Source: Raillietiella orientalis
Lineage: Eukaryota
NCBI GenBank assembly: GCA_036172245.1
Contig: JAYWIR010000011.1
Coordinates: 1,302,001 to 1,366,000 of the forward strand
Direction: 5' to 3'
DNA: 64,000 nucleotides
Shown here in pieces: positions 24,350-36,100 of this stretch (the stretch's first letter is position 1; every line of letters begins with the position of its first letter). The translations under genes and the position numbers were made by a program. The notes beneath the pieces are model-generated. The model did not search any database. It was not told the DNA's origin and saw only the letters and a program-made list of their open reading frames with translations.

Positions 24350-24499
24350 GCTGGACGCAAAACAGCGAAGACAGAAGAAAAAGAAGAACCCAAGGATTTC
24401 CGTCGTCCTAGGCCAATGGTAACGATCTCCTCGTGGGGTCGCTACTGGTCTTTTAAAAAATTGAAAGTCGACCCTCCGGGGTTCTTTCGAGAATCTGGG

Positions 24500-25050
24500 A
24501 GCCTCGGATCTCCCCTCTGGAGCCTCCGCGTTCAAGAACGCGGAGGGGATGCCGAGTCGGAAACGCAGACCGTGGCTGGGAAGATGGCAAGGGCCTGCGG
24601 GAGTCCAAACTGTGCGACCCGAAGGCGTGCCACTGGGAAAAGCGCCGCACGTGCGGTGCAGCAGCATCCAAGGGAGCGCCTCGATCCTGGACCGGGAGGA
24701 GGGAGGAGATATTCGAACCCCCTTCACTCCCTACACCACCTCGCAGAGGGCCAGGGTGGCCGGCCAGAAGCGGGCCGTTGAGCTGGACGGAAACGCTCCG
24801 CCGCATCCTGAGAGTCGGGTCGGACGGGAGCTCTCCTCTTTGTAGGGAAGTGGAGCCCCAAGTCCGGATGGGGTTCGCCAAAATTTCTCTTCGGTTGCGT
24901 GGTTTGGCGGGAGGATGTCTGGGAGGAGGAAAAGAAAAGGACATGCCTGTGAGGTTCCGGGGCGGTCTGAGAGCCCCGGAGCGGCCGCTGATGGCATCCG
25001 CGGTCGTAAATTCTCCCGAGTTCCGTTTCCCGGTACTGCTTTATCGCCGT
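24500..25050 (-). mobile_element. LINE RT N-terminal fragment
   Basis: REILANPIRTWGSTSLQRGELPS matches the non-LTR pattern IL..PL..LFN.SL..G.LP.S. Confidence 0.55.
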
Positions 25051-25224
25051 GCTGTCGGCTGACGGAGGGGATAGGGAAGGGATGATGAAACACGGAATGG
25101 GGGGGAGGGGGCGCAGCTCGGAAGGCGATGGCAGCGCCGGTGATTTCCAAGAGATCCACTGTGAACGAGACGAGGAACCGAAAGACGCACATTCCTTGGT
25201 CGCGAAGAAGACGGGTCTTGCCTG

Positions 25225-26007
25225 CGTCAGAGTTCGCGTGGTCACGGTCACCGCGCGTGGCACCACCAAACGTCGCGGATTCGAATACTCGGTAAGAATC
25301 GACACCGAGAGAGATTTTTGGGGGGGGGGGGGTCGTGGGTTCGAGTTCCTCCCGCGAGATGACACTGGTCCATTCGGCCGCGGCGCCAGTAGCGGTTCAA
25401 ACTGGATGCCCCCGACTCCCGGGATTGGGAGTCGACCCTCCGGTGTCTCCCGGGAATCAAGGAGTGGGTAGTTCCTTTCCGGTTGTGTAAAAGAGCCGTC
25501 CCTGTTCCCCCGTGGATTGACCCTCCGTCTCGCACCACGGAGCGGGTGGATTGATGACACCTCTCCCAAGTGCAAAGAAGCATGCATTTCCCTTCGGGAA
25601 TCGCCATTCTGAGAAAAATCCGGAAGCGTCCCTTCGGGGTTCTTTTCAGAGGAGGAGCAAACAGGAGTGGTTCCCTTGCGTGTTTCCTCCGGAGAAGAAA
25701 AATAGAGCGAACCCCTCTGGGAGTTCCTCCGGAGAGAATAAGGAAGGAAATTCCCTTGGGATTTTCTTCGGAGACAACCAGGGTGGAGGTTCCCTTTGGG
25801 GATCCCTTCCCGAGCACGAGAGAAATGGACTCACTTCTTCAAAGTCCTTTCTGGATTCATAGGGTGATCTCCTTCCGAAATACCCCCTCCCCCCTATCCT
25901 GAAGAATCACACGCACCCTTGGGCGGCGTGGATCAGTGTCAAAGAGCTGCGTGAGCCGCCAGGCGCGCGACGGCTCTTCAGGTACCTGGCGAACTCCAAA
26001 AAAAAAG
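25225..26007 (+). mobile_element. Same SINE-like family, copy 2
   Basis: GGATTCGAATAC (~25277) and GGTTCGAGTTC (~25338), GGAGTCGACC...GGAATCAAGGAGTGGG, GGAAGCGTCCCTTCGGGGTTC (25622), 3' hairpin 25944-25976, A tail 25998-26007. Confidence 0.75.
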
Positions 26008-26059
26008 ACAGGTGCAGTTTCCGCGAGAAGGGAGGAGTCGCACGTGCGGAGTCCCACTG

Positions 26060-27450
26060 TGCTCCTCCTTTACTGGACGAAAGACAGAGAGGCACTCTTG
26101 AAGAGGGTCTGCCTTGCAGGCTGACCCTCGACAGCACCGGAGGGTGGTCGCATATCGAGCTACTCCAGGCGGCGGTGTTTCCCACGGTTTCGGATGCTGC
26201 TGGCGACCCCTGTGGAACCGCAGCGCGTGGGGAACAGCGCGACGCGCAAACCTGCCCTGGTTGGGTGTACCCTTATCGGAGCCTGAGAATGCCTCGAGTG
26301 TTTCGTCAGAGATCCCCGGGATACGCTGCGCGGAAGGGCAACGTCTTCCCCTTCGCGGGGCGAGCAAAGAAATTCGGGCTTGACCGATGGAGGGTGGAGC
26401 TGTGAACCAGGCAGCTGGTGGAGCCACCATTCGCCCAGCAGACGCTCGCGCTCCCAGTTCATCCCTTCCTTCCGAAACGGAAGGGAACCGAGCCGGAAGA
26501 CGAGGGACGCTTCGTAGACCAATCTCCACGCATAGCGCGGACTCTTGGGCGATGGTAGGCGACCGAAGGACTGTTCCATCCCAGGATGGGAGCGCCTGCC
26601 GAGCGGCAGAGACGCTGGATCCAGCCTAAAGGAACCTTCCGGTTCGTGGGGAGGGTGCCTGTGACCCAAAAGGGTCGTAGGTGGGCGTCGAACGCGAATG
26701 CGATCAGGGAACGCTACCGTCCGGCATTCCAGCGAATCTCCGTGCAGGCTCTGCCGGGAGCCTGCTGGGCGTCCTGGTCCAAAGTTCTGGTTCCAAGTGC
26801 CCCGCTGTGACCGCGTCTCCCCTCAAGCCGTTTCCCGCTGCACAAGGCCGACCTCCGCGTCTCCGGATGGGATGCTCTCCTGTGCCGAAGAGGAAGAGAT
26901 CGAAACAGGAATTAATTAGACGTGTCACTTCAGGCAGCGATGGGAACGAGGGGAAGAGGAGGAGGCGGCTGTAGACGACCAATTTTTTAGGCCCCGGGCA
27001 CCGCAGAAATTGGGAACGCCATCGGATAAACGAAGAGGGCGCTTGCAAAAAACGAAGCCAGCAAGTGGATAGGGGACGCCTCGTATCCACGCAACTGCAC
27101 CTCTCGGGCACATCCAATTACAACCCTGGTCTCTAGACTGATCGTGCACTTGATCGTCTGCGGGGAATTCTTGCTGGTTGTTTTTCTTTCATACGAAGGT
27201 GCGACGGGAATACACGGACGCGCGTGGATTCCGCCGTCCCTGGAGAGGGCGCAGATGTAATCAAGTAGCGACCGGGAAATGAAACTGAACAGGAGGATTC
27301 GAACGAAGCGCTGATGCAGCGCTGGCTCATCAGATCTTCAGACAGCATCTCCAACGAGATGTCTGTTTCTCCCCTGCCCTCCTCCTCTCTCCTCCCTTGA
27401 TCGTCCAAGAAAGCGAGAGTGCGGAGGGGGGAGAAGGAGGCGGAAATGAA
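26060..27450 (-). mobile_element. Decayed LINE reverse transcriptase region
   Basis: Ordered remnants: APSPGTAES (~27240), RFAGMPDGSV (~26725), EGEDVAL (~26345, YADD position), ETLEAFSGSDKGTPN (~26290). Confidence 0.5.
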
Positions 27451-28489
27451 AACCTGACGCTGCATGAGATTCACGGCGGCGGCGCAGCGGCTGACTGAAG
27501 CGGTCGCTTTCCTTCTGCAAGACCGCGTTCGTTCTTCGCGGCGCGCAACCGCGGTGTGCAACAGAAGCGGAGGAGGGGCAGGTGCCGCAAGGAGGGGGGG
27601 GGGGGGACTGTCTGCCTGCCACAGGGTCTCGCGAGAAGGACCTAGACGGCTTCCAGAAAAGAACCGCTAGCAGATACGGTCCGTCCTCAAAGCGGCGTGC
27701 GAAGGCGTCCGACAACCGCGGAACCACGCCGCGGAGGAAAAAAAAAAGGCCACGACCGCAGGTGCGACCTCTGTCACCTCCAGGATTCGAGGGGAAGCGC
27801 TATAAAGGAGGGGGGAGGGGCGAAACCCTCCGAAGCGAAGCGCAAAAACCTCGGGTTGCAACAGCAGGGGCAGCACATGACAGCAGGGGACCGACGGGTT
27901 GTCTGGAGCACAAGGTCTGGAGAACTTCACGCCAGGAAGGGAATTCCGGGGACTGCAGCTTCCGCGAGGGGAATCTCAGCATCTCTACGTGGAGGAGAGC
28001 TGATTGTGTGGGAGGACCAACGTGCGAGGATAATCGGATCGGAAGTTTCTGGAAAAGGTTCTCTCTCGGCTCACATCCGTCACCCTGGTTGCAGGGAATA
28101 CCCTACTGCCTTTTCTCGGCTGCGTCCGAGGGATAGAAAAAACTGACCGCATCACCTGAGCGAATTCCGTCACTCACGGAAGAGGACGTAGACTCTGCAG
28201 CTGCAAGAGTCACTAAGAGGAATGGCACCCTTCTGCATCTCCGAAGCACAGAACTAGCCGAGCAGCTCGAAGTGACAAGTGAAACGGAAGTGACAAGACC
28301 CCCCGTTCCCCCTCCTTCTGAAAAAAAGGAAGGTGGTTCTTTTGGGAGAGAAGGGAACGGAAAGCGCGCCTCGTGAGGCATTCGCAGACGAGGTGAGTCC
28401 ATCGAAGCAGCCAATCAAGAGAACTGGAGAGGACGGCCAAGCAGCACACTGTTGCAGCTGACTGTTGAAGCTGCAAAGGTTTTCTGCTA

Positions 28490-29051
28490 AGAACCGACCT
28501 CGGACCATATTAAGGAGCGGAACTCTCCCCGCTTTTCTCGGAGGCGACCATTCGTCTTGTAAAATGGAGCAAGCGAACTGATGACACCTTCCAGAGTGCA
28601 AAGAACCGTGCTGCTCCCTTCGGCAATCGCCCTTTTGAGAAAAATCCGGAAGCGTCCCTTCGGGGTTCTCTTCAGAGGAGGAGCAAACAGGAGCGTTTCC
28701 CTTGCAGGTTCCCTCCGGAGAAGAAATTCCTAATAGTGGATCCTTTCTGGGTTCCCTTAGGAGGAGAAAATGGAGCGAACCCTTCTAGGGGTCCCTCCGG
28801 AGAGAATAAGGAAGGGAGCTTCCCTTAGGGATTCCTTTTGGAGACAACCAACGTGGAGTGCTCTCCAGGGATCTCTCCCCAAGAGTGAGAGGAACGGACT
28901 CCCTCCTCTGAAACCCTTCCTGAATTCATAGGAGGATCCCCTCCCGATGTCTCCCCCCTATCCTGAAGAATCACACGCACCCTCGAGCGGCGTGTAGCAG
29001 TGTCAAAGAGCTGCGTGAGCCTCCAGGCTCTCGACGGTTCTTGAGGTACTT
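28490..29051 (+). mobile_element. Same SINE-like family, copy 3 (head not seen)
   Basis: Strong identity to copy 2 from TGATGACACCT (28579) through ATCCTGAAGAATCACACGCACCC and the 3' hairpin 29008-29040. Confidence 0.75.
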
Positions 29052-29479
29052 CTACCCTTTGCGAGTAGGGTTTTGGAATCTGCTCCAGAGGCTGCAAGAC
29101 GTGACACAAGGTGGTGCCCGCGGCAACGGAAGCCGAAGAGAACCGAGGAATGTTGCCGAGATAGGGAAAGCGGGGGAAAGAACACCTCCAACTCTCCCTC
29201 CCTCGTCGTTGCGAGGGGAGACGCGCGGGCGAAGCTGGGCAGGTTGCGGTGCGTTTCGCATGGTGCAGAGGCAAAGCGGGCGGCTGCCCCGTTCGGTTTT
29301 CCGCCCGCTGCGCTATGAGTGCCGTCGCGCGTAACTTTCTTAAGGACGGTACTTAGTGTTGTCCGTATGCGCCTCTGAGGGGCTGCTTGCCGAGGCGCAA
29401 GCCCACGTGGCTGCGGATTCGGTTCGGCTCCTTCGCCCGAACAACGAATGCCTTGCGGCTGTTCCGTATGTTCGGATGA

Positions 29480-30050
29480 CGCTGTGCCCATTTTGGTAAT
29501 TGCTGCTCACCTCTTCGTCCTCCGGTTCGGTCCGTCGTCGACTTCACCATGCGGGGTGATCTTCTAAGAGGGACAGAGGAGACGGCGGAATTTCGGGAAT
29601 GGAACGCCGCCGACTGAAGAGAGAGAGTCGCCTATCTCGAGGGGTCAAGGTCAAGAGTCCGGTGCTCGCTCCGTACCGGCGAGCCGATTTCCCCGAACGG
29701 GGTTCTGGGCCGGAAGAGGGTTCGGCACCGGATGCGACAATGCATGGGGCGCGGCAATGCGCAGACCCTCCCGCCCCGCACCTGGGGGAAGGCCCTCCGC
29801 AGTTTCTCATCGAGGCGGGAAGTACCCTCGCTGGGCGCTTGGGTCTAGGAAGGGTTCTCCAGGAAGGGAGACGGGAACGATCGGGCGCTTCTTCCTCGTC
29901 CGTCTTGGTTCCGCGAGGCCATGACCTTCCCTCCGGAAAGGCCGGTAGGAAGAGGGTCGTACCTCTTGGCCCCCTGGCTGGCTGCTGCGGAGGCGCCACC
30001 GGTCGAGGAGGAGGACGGGTTTTGCGTGGCCAGCGGCGAGGTCCGCGCGA
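29480..30050 (-). mobile_element. LINE endonuclease fragment, paralogous to 31900-32100
   Basis: 29680-29755 aligns with 31963-32036 (gccgatttc...gatgcga.aatgca.gg.gcgc). Confidence 0.45.
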
Positions 30051-30127
30051 CCGGGTTCCCCTGCTCCCGCTCGGGTGGCTGCCGTGAGACTTCCTGGAGG
30101 CCGCTGAACCTCTCTCTCTTCCGGCAG

Positions 30128-33100
30128 GTGAAACTCCCCCCAGTTTGCCTTCTCCACGGCTCCGATGAGCTCACTAGGAGGAAGGAAACACAGATGAGGA
30201 AGAAAAGGGACGACGTGCCCCACTACACTAAGGAGGACTTCCGGGAGCAGTACTGCATCACCCCGAAGGAGGAGCTCATCGCCGAGAGGACGACCAGGAA
30301 CGGGTTTCTGGGATGCATCTCCTCCAGACAGGTACAGCGTCTTCCTCTCTCGGGAAGGAAGGGGAGGAGGGTGGTAGTGGAGGGTCTCTCCTACTGGTCG
30401 TTTTCCCGTCCGGGCATTCCCTTCGGCAGACTCTCTGTGTTTTCCGCGCGCCTCTCTTCCCGGGAGAGCTGGACATGGCTCCGGTTTGTGCGGCAGCCTG
30501 TACACCTCCGGGAGCAACGGTTACGCCGGGGGCAGCGGGGAGGGCTGAGAAGAGACTGCGCGCCAAAGCGACGTCGGAATCCTCCCTTCTTTGGGAAGGG
30601 AGAGGAGGGGGAAAGCCGCCGGGAAAACTGCCCAACTCGTGGAGGAGGACACCCTGTCCGCATTTCGTCTTTCGCCCGCCGTCGCCAAAAGCCCAGGAGG
30701 GATTCAACGCGCGCTCATTCGTCCAACCATCTGAAACGGGTGAGGGAGGAGGAAGGACGAGGGTGAGGATGGGGGCGACCAGGAACCGGCAGGAGCGGAC
30801 GGCGGCGACGGCAAGGAGAATGAGATGGTTCGGAGTGAGGGAGGGACCGGAGGATGAAGAAGAACAGGACGAAAAGCGAGCAGGTCACCAAAGCCATCGC
30901 TCGCCCTCTGCGCGCGGCTCCCGCCGCCGTAGGGACTCTGAGCGTCCGCGAGAGCCACAAACTTCTCCGAGAGAGGGCTCTCTCTCGGAGAAGGATGGAC
31001 GACCGCTAGGAAGGGGAGGGTGGAAAGCTCAGGCATGCAGGACGAGCGGACACGAGGGGCCGTCTATACGAGCCTTTGTCCCGGGAGAAACTCCAGCCGT
31101 CCGTCATCTGTGGTTCCTTCCCTCATTGCCGGTACCCGAGGACTCGGTCCTTCCGTCCCCCCTACCTCCCACCTGACCTGCGGAGGTGCTGAAGGGAGGA
31201 GAAGCGTTCTCCCGAAGGGATCATTCTCGTTCCTCGCCCCTTTCGCCTTCTCTGGAGGAATGGCACCCTTCTCGTCGCCACTTCTCCTTTGCGGGCCCTC
31301 CCATTCCCTGCCACTGTGGGAGGATGGAGCCACGGGATTCCTCTGCAAAGCCATAGAGGTCGCGGTCTCCGGAGAAACTCCTTCTTCTTAGCCGGCTGCG
31401 CCCCCGTAGATGTAGGGAGGAGTCCGAAGTTCCCCCGATCCTGCCTTGCCTGCTTCCCTGTGCCCTCATCTCCGCCTCAGAGACGAATGGCTCCGGAGAA
31501 GCGTCGCTCCCCTCCCAGTCCTTCCTTGGGGATCTGCGGCTTGGCCCCAGGAAGGAGAGCTCTCCCTTCCTCCGGCTGGCCAAATAAGGCCGAGAAGGAC
31601 GCGCAACCTCGACCTCTAGATCAAGTTCTTTTTTCCGCTCCGCGCGGAGGAGGCGCGCCCCTCGGCCATGCTCCACCCGATGGCCCAGGTTGGCCCTTCC
31701 GCCGAACCCCAGCATGCGCGAGGGATCCGCGCTGGCGCTGCCGAGTGTTCCCGGGGAGGGTTTTTTCGGGAGCCCGGAGAGCTGCAAGAGTCGCGCGGAG
31801 AGCGGGAGGAAGAGGCGCTGTACCTGTACCTTTCGCCCGCTCCCGTCTCTCCCGGCGGTCTTCTCGCTGCTGCGGCGCCTGGGTCCTGCGGCGAGGGGAA
31901 CTTCATGATGTCGCTGCACGCCCCTCTCCCTCACGGACCTACCCGCTCGATTTCGCAACGGACGGGCCGATTTCTCGGGAAGGGATGCTGGACTGGGAGA
32001 AGGTCCCACTCCAGATGCGAGGATGCACGGAGCGCAGATTCCTCCACCGTTCCTCACCGAGGAAAAGAGTCCTTACAGCGAGGAACGTCTGGATCCAGGA
32101 AGGGTTCCCAGGGAAGAGGAGGGGAGGAGGGAATGACCGAGCCGCGTCAAAGGGGCTCCCGGGACGCTGGTTCATGGCGGACGCCTCCCGAAAGAGGGAT
32201 CCATCCTTCCTCACCGGTCCCTGCGCGGAGGACTCGTCCGGCACGAACTTCTTCCTGGTGGTCGTGGCAGCCAAGACCGGAGCCACTGCCAGGAAGGGGA
32301 GGATCCGGTCGGCAGGCCACTCGCTTCCCCTCCTGGAGGAAGGGAAGCGGGTGATGCGTGCGGGGGGTAAATCTTGGTCAGGAGAAGACCCCGGGGACAA
32401 GGAATTAGGCTCCCGAGGGCGTCGGGTCTGGGAAGCGGCAAGCTCTTGAGGACTCTTCTTGCTCTCTCTCAGCAGCTGTGGCCCCGAAAAGGGTCCTCTC
32501 CAGAAATAAGGCTGCTGCAGAGGTTCCAAGAACAGAGGACTGTACTCCCGTTGCCGAGGAAATGCCCGGGTTTCCTAGAGGCCGATCCGAAAGGTGCGGA
32601 GTTGCTCTGGACGGCCGCAGGACGCCGCCCACGCACTGACCGGAGGCCGGCTCTCTTTTGCGGTCTTCCTCGGAGCCGGACGGCCCGCATTGAGAGGTCG
32701 CGGCAGGAAGGCCAGAGAGGGAAACGACCTCTCGCCCTCATCCTGACGTCTTGAGGACCACTCCAACGAGAAGGCGAGGGCAAGTGGTCCCAACAGGAGG
32801 CAACCGGACTGGACGGGATGGGAATGCCTCCCGTGTAGCTGGGTGGTGGAGGCGCAGCCGCTTTGCGTTGGCAGCGCGTGCCGAGGCAAGGTCTCCAAGG
32901 TCTCCGCCGTCGGCCCTCGGCTCCCCCGGGCTAGTACGGCTGGCGCGGAGGCTGCAGGCAGCCCTCTCATCCGACGCGCAAAGAGCGGGTGCGCCGCCCG
33001 CGATGGACTCTCCGGCACGCTCCCGGGCCTCGCGGAGGAGGAGGAGGAGGACTCGTGAGCTAAACTCCGGCTGCAGGAAGCTTCCCGGGAACTGGGATAG

Positions 33101-36100
33101 CCGAGGGGGTGCTCGTGGGTGGCCAGCGGAAGCGATCGGAGATTAGCGCGATGCCCAACCAGGGAGGGACGCAGCGAAAAAGAAGAGTAAGAAAAAGGAG
33201 AGGACATATGAAAGGAGCTTGGGATCCCCTTAGGTAGGAAAGGGATCTCTTCGGCCCCTCGAAAAATACAGACGACTCTCGGGGTCGCCGGCGATGCACC
33301 TTCCGGAGTGAGGGGGTGACTGCTGCTGCCACCAAGACTTCAGGGGGGAGAGGGAGAGAGGAGCGGATCGCTTCCCTGAGAGCGCTTGACGGTTCCTGGG
33401 ACCCACGCCGTTCCCGGGGCGGGAGCGGAGCAACGGCACCTCCTCTCCTTCCCTTCCTTCGCTCCCTCTCGCTTCTCCTCTTCCTCATTTCTTCCCTTTC
33501 GCCTCGCTTCCTAAGCACCCCGAGGACATGAAGGAACGGGCAAAAGAAGGGACTCCAGTAAAGGGGAAGCAGGAAGGACTGTTCTCTCCCGCCCCGCTCC
33601 CTCGACCGCAGCCAGGGAGGGGAATCCGTGCTTGCGGAGAAGTGGAGTGGGTTCTCTCGGTCATTCGACCTGATTGATGAATCTGTCCGCAGGGATAAGG
33701 CCCGGGAGCTTCTCAACTTCCCGCCGAGGGGAGCAGCTCTCGATGTTCCCTAGGGTGCGCGCGGAGGAGTAGGACGGTTGATAGAGGGGAAAACCGAGAG
33801 TAGGGAAAGGCGGTAGCCTTTCCCTACTCTCTTCCCTTCTCCCTTTCATTACCGCTCGAAACTGTAGGAAGAAGATGATAGTGATGATGAGTAGGAGGAA
33901 GAGGGGGAGAGGGGAGGGTCTGCAACAGGAGTTCACCCGGCGCTGCTTCATTGGGAATCGGTCGGCGAGCCTGTAGTCCTTCGGACAAGAAGTCCTGCCG
34001 CTCCCGTCTTTCACCACTGCCTCCGATCCTCCCTTCCTCATCCTTGTCTTCTCCGCCGCCCTCCTTCCTCACTTTCCAATCTTAACCTTCACCCTTCTCT
34101 ACTCACCAGTTGCCCCCCCTCCCCTGAGCCTCCAGAACTCTTCTAATTCCACACTTTCACCAGAGACGCTCCGGCGACGGGAGCTCCCTGCTGGACACGT
34201 GTCTCTGGCACCGCTCGACCAGCGAAGAGAACCTCCACGACCTGTCGAGACCGAAAGTCAGTTCGCGGGCCAACACGTGGACGCCCAAATACCCGTCCAC
34301 GTCTGACGAGAACCTTCATATTCCAGAAGACGCATCCGGCCTCCCCAGGGAACTGTGGGCCGCGCGATACCCCTACTTCCTCCGGAGACCTCCGCCAGAG
34401 CCGCTGGCTAGGGTCGACGGGAACGCCTGGTTCCCGGAGGCAGGCGGTCAGCTGTGCTTCGGTCCGGTAAGCGTTCTGCCGCTCCTTCCGCTGTTGTCCA
34501 CCCTGGCACGCGTGTTCCCCTCTTCCGAGGGGCGACCAGAGGACAGGCAGCGGCGACGTGCGGCTCTGGAGGAGAGCGCCTCCTCCTCACTCGACATCCC
34601 AGGACTCGAGCCTGTCCTTCAGCGACTGGTCCCCGGAGAACGCCGCCGCCGTTGCCGCGGGGCGGCGCTGCTGCTACGCGGAGGATCCATACCCCTTCGA
34701 CTCTGGGACGCTGCACCTAGCCCGGAAGGACTCTCCCCCTTCGTGGAATCCCTACTGGCCCGGGTACGCGCCTCGCTCGGCCTCCCCCCATGCGGGACTC
34801 CCACAAGATCCCCTCGGCGCCGGAGTCCGCAAGAAGAAGCGCATCAGCTTCGACCCCTCTGCCGCCGCCACCGCCGCCATGCTGAGGTCACAAACGTTCT
34901 CCAACTTTGACGTCTCCGGAAGGCTGCCTGTCGCTGGTGATCTGGTCAGGGCACTCAACCGCAGTCAGGAGAGACTTCTCGAGGTGAAGAGGAGCGACCT
35001 CAGGAGCAGCGAGGAGAGCCTTTATCCCTTCTACACCAGGTCATTCATCCTAGGTGAGCGACCGCGCGCACTCGACTCCCGACCTTCTACCTCCTGCATA
35101 CCCGAGCCTTGTTTGCGTTCCTCTCTTCCCTATCATGAATCCTCTGGGCAATGCCCTGGGAAAGGCGGACACTCCAACTCTGCCTTCGTCAGCATCCGTT
35201 TTTCCATCCGTCCTTTTCCCCTTCTGAAGAGGAGGTGGAAGGTCTTCTACCCCCTTTTCTCGGCCCACTCCGATCCATCCCCGTGAACTCCATACTCACA
35301 AACGTACCCAAGGGAGGAGAGGAGGGGGAAGGGAAGAGGAGGAGGGAGAAGGGGACGAAGAGGAGAAAGGGAGGAGGAGGAGGAGGAGAAGTATCTGTTG
35401 TTGTGAACGGGAATGAAGAAACTCCTTGAAAAACGGGAATGCTCTGTGGGGGAGGGCGGAGATCAATCCCAAGGGGGCAGTAGGAAGTCAAGAATCAATT
35501 AAGTGAGAGCAGGGTCGAGAGAAGACCATGGTGAGTCGAAAGGGGTCGATGAAGGTTCGTGGTGAGTCGAGTAGGCTCGCGACGGAGTGATGGAGGGTCG
35601 AGAAGAGGTGATTCGGTTGTCGGCTCACACATGGGTTGAGCGAAATGGGAACAGATGTTCCAGAAAGAACTGCCTTGGAAAAGGGACAAGCCGCACTCGC
35701 GAAACTCCCATTTCCCTTGATTCCTCTACGCTGGTAGCCCTGCTGGGAAATCCCCCTCCAGCCTCTTCGTCGGAAGGGCGGAGAGATTCGCGCGCACGCG
35801 CGCGGGGGGGGGAGGGGGGCGTCCACTTCTCCTTCCTCTGCCCCGTCTCATCGCCGGAGGCTTTGCAATTGCCTCCACCGCGACTGCAGGAGCCTCCCGG
35901 TTCCAGAGTCCATGAAGCGCTCGTCGAGGAAGACCCAGGCGACTCAGACGGTCTCCGGAGCCCTCGAGGCTTCCACCGTAGGAGTGTCCGGAGGGATGTC
36001 CATCCTGGCTCGAAAGCAGAGGAAGGTCAGTCAGGACAGGGAAGTGGGCCTAACTGTTTTCCCTCCCTTCCCACCCCTTAGGCGGAAGTGAAGTCTACGG

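Noticed and set aside
25975..26000. HDV-like ribozyme suggested by a small stem followed by GCGAA
   Set aside because: No P1/P1.1/P2/P3 nested pseudoknot could be built.
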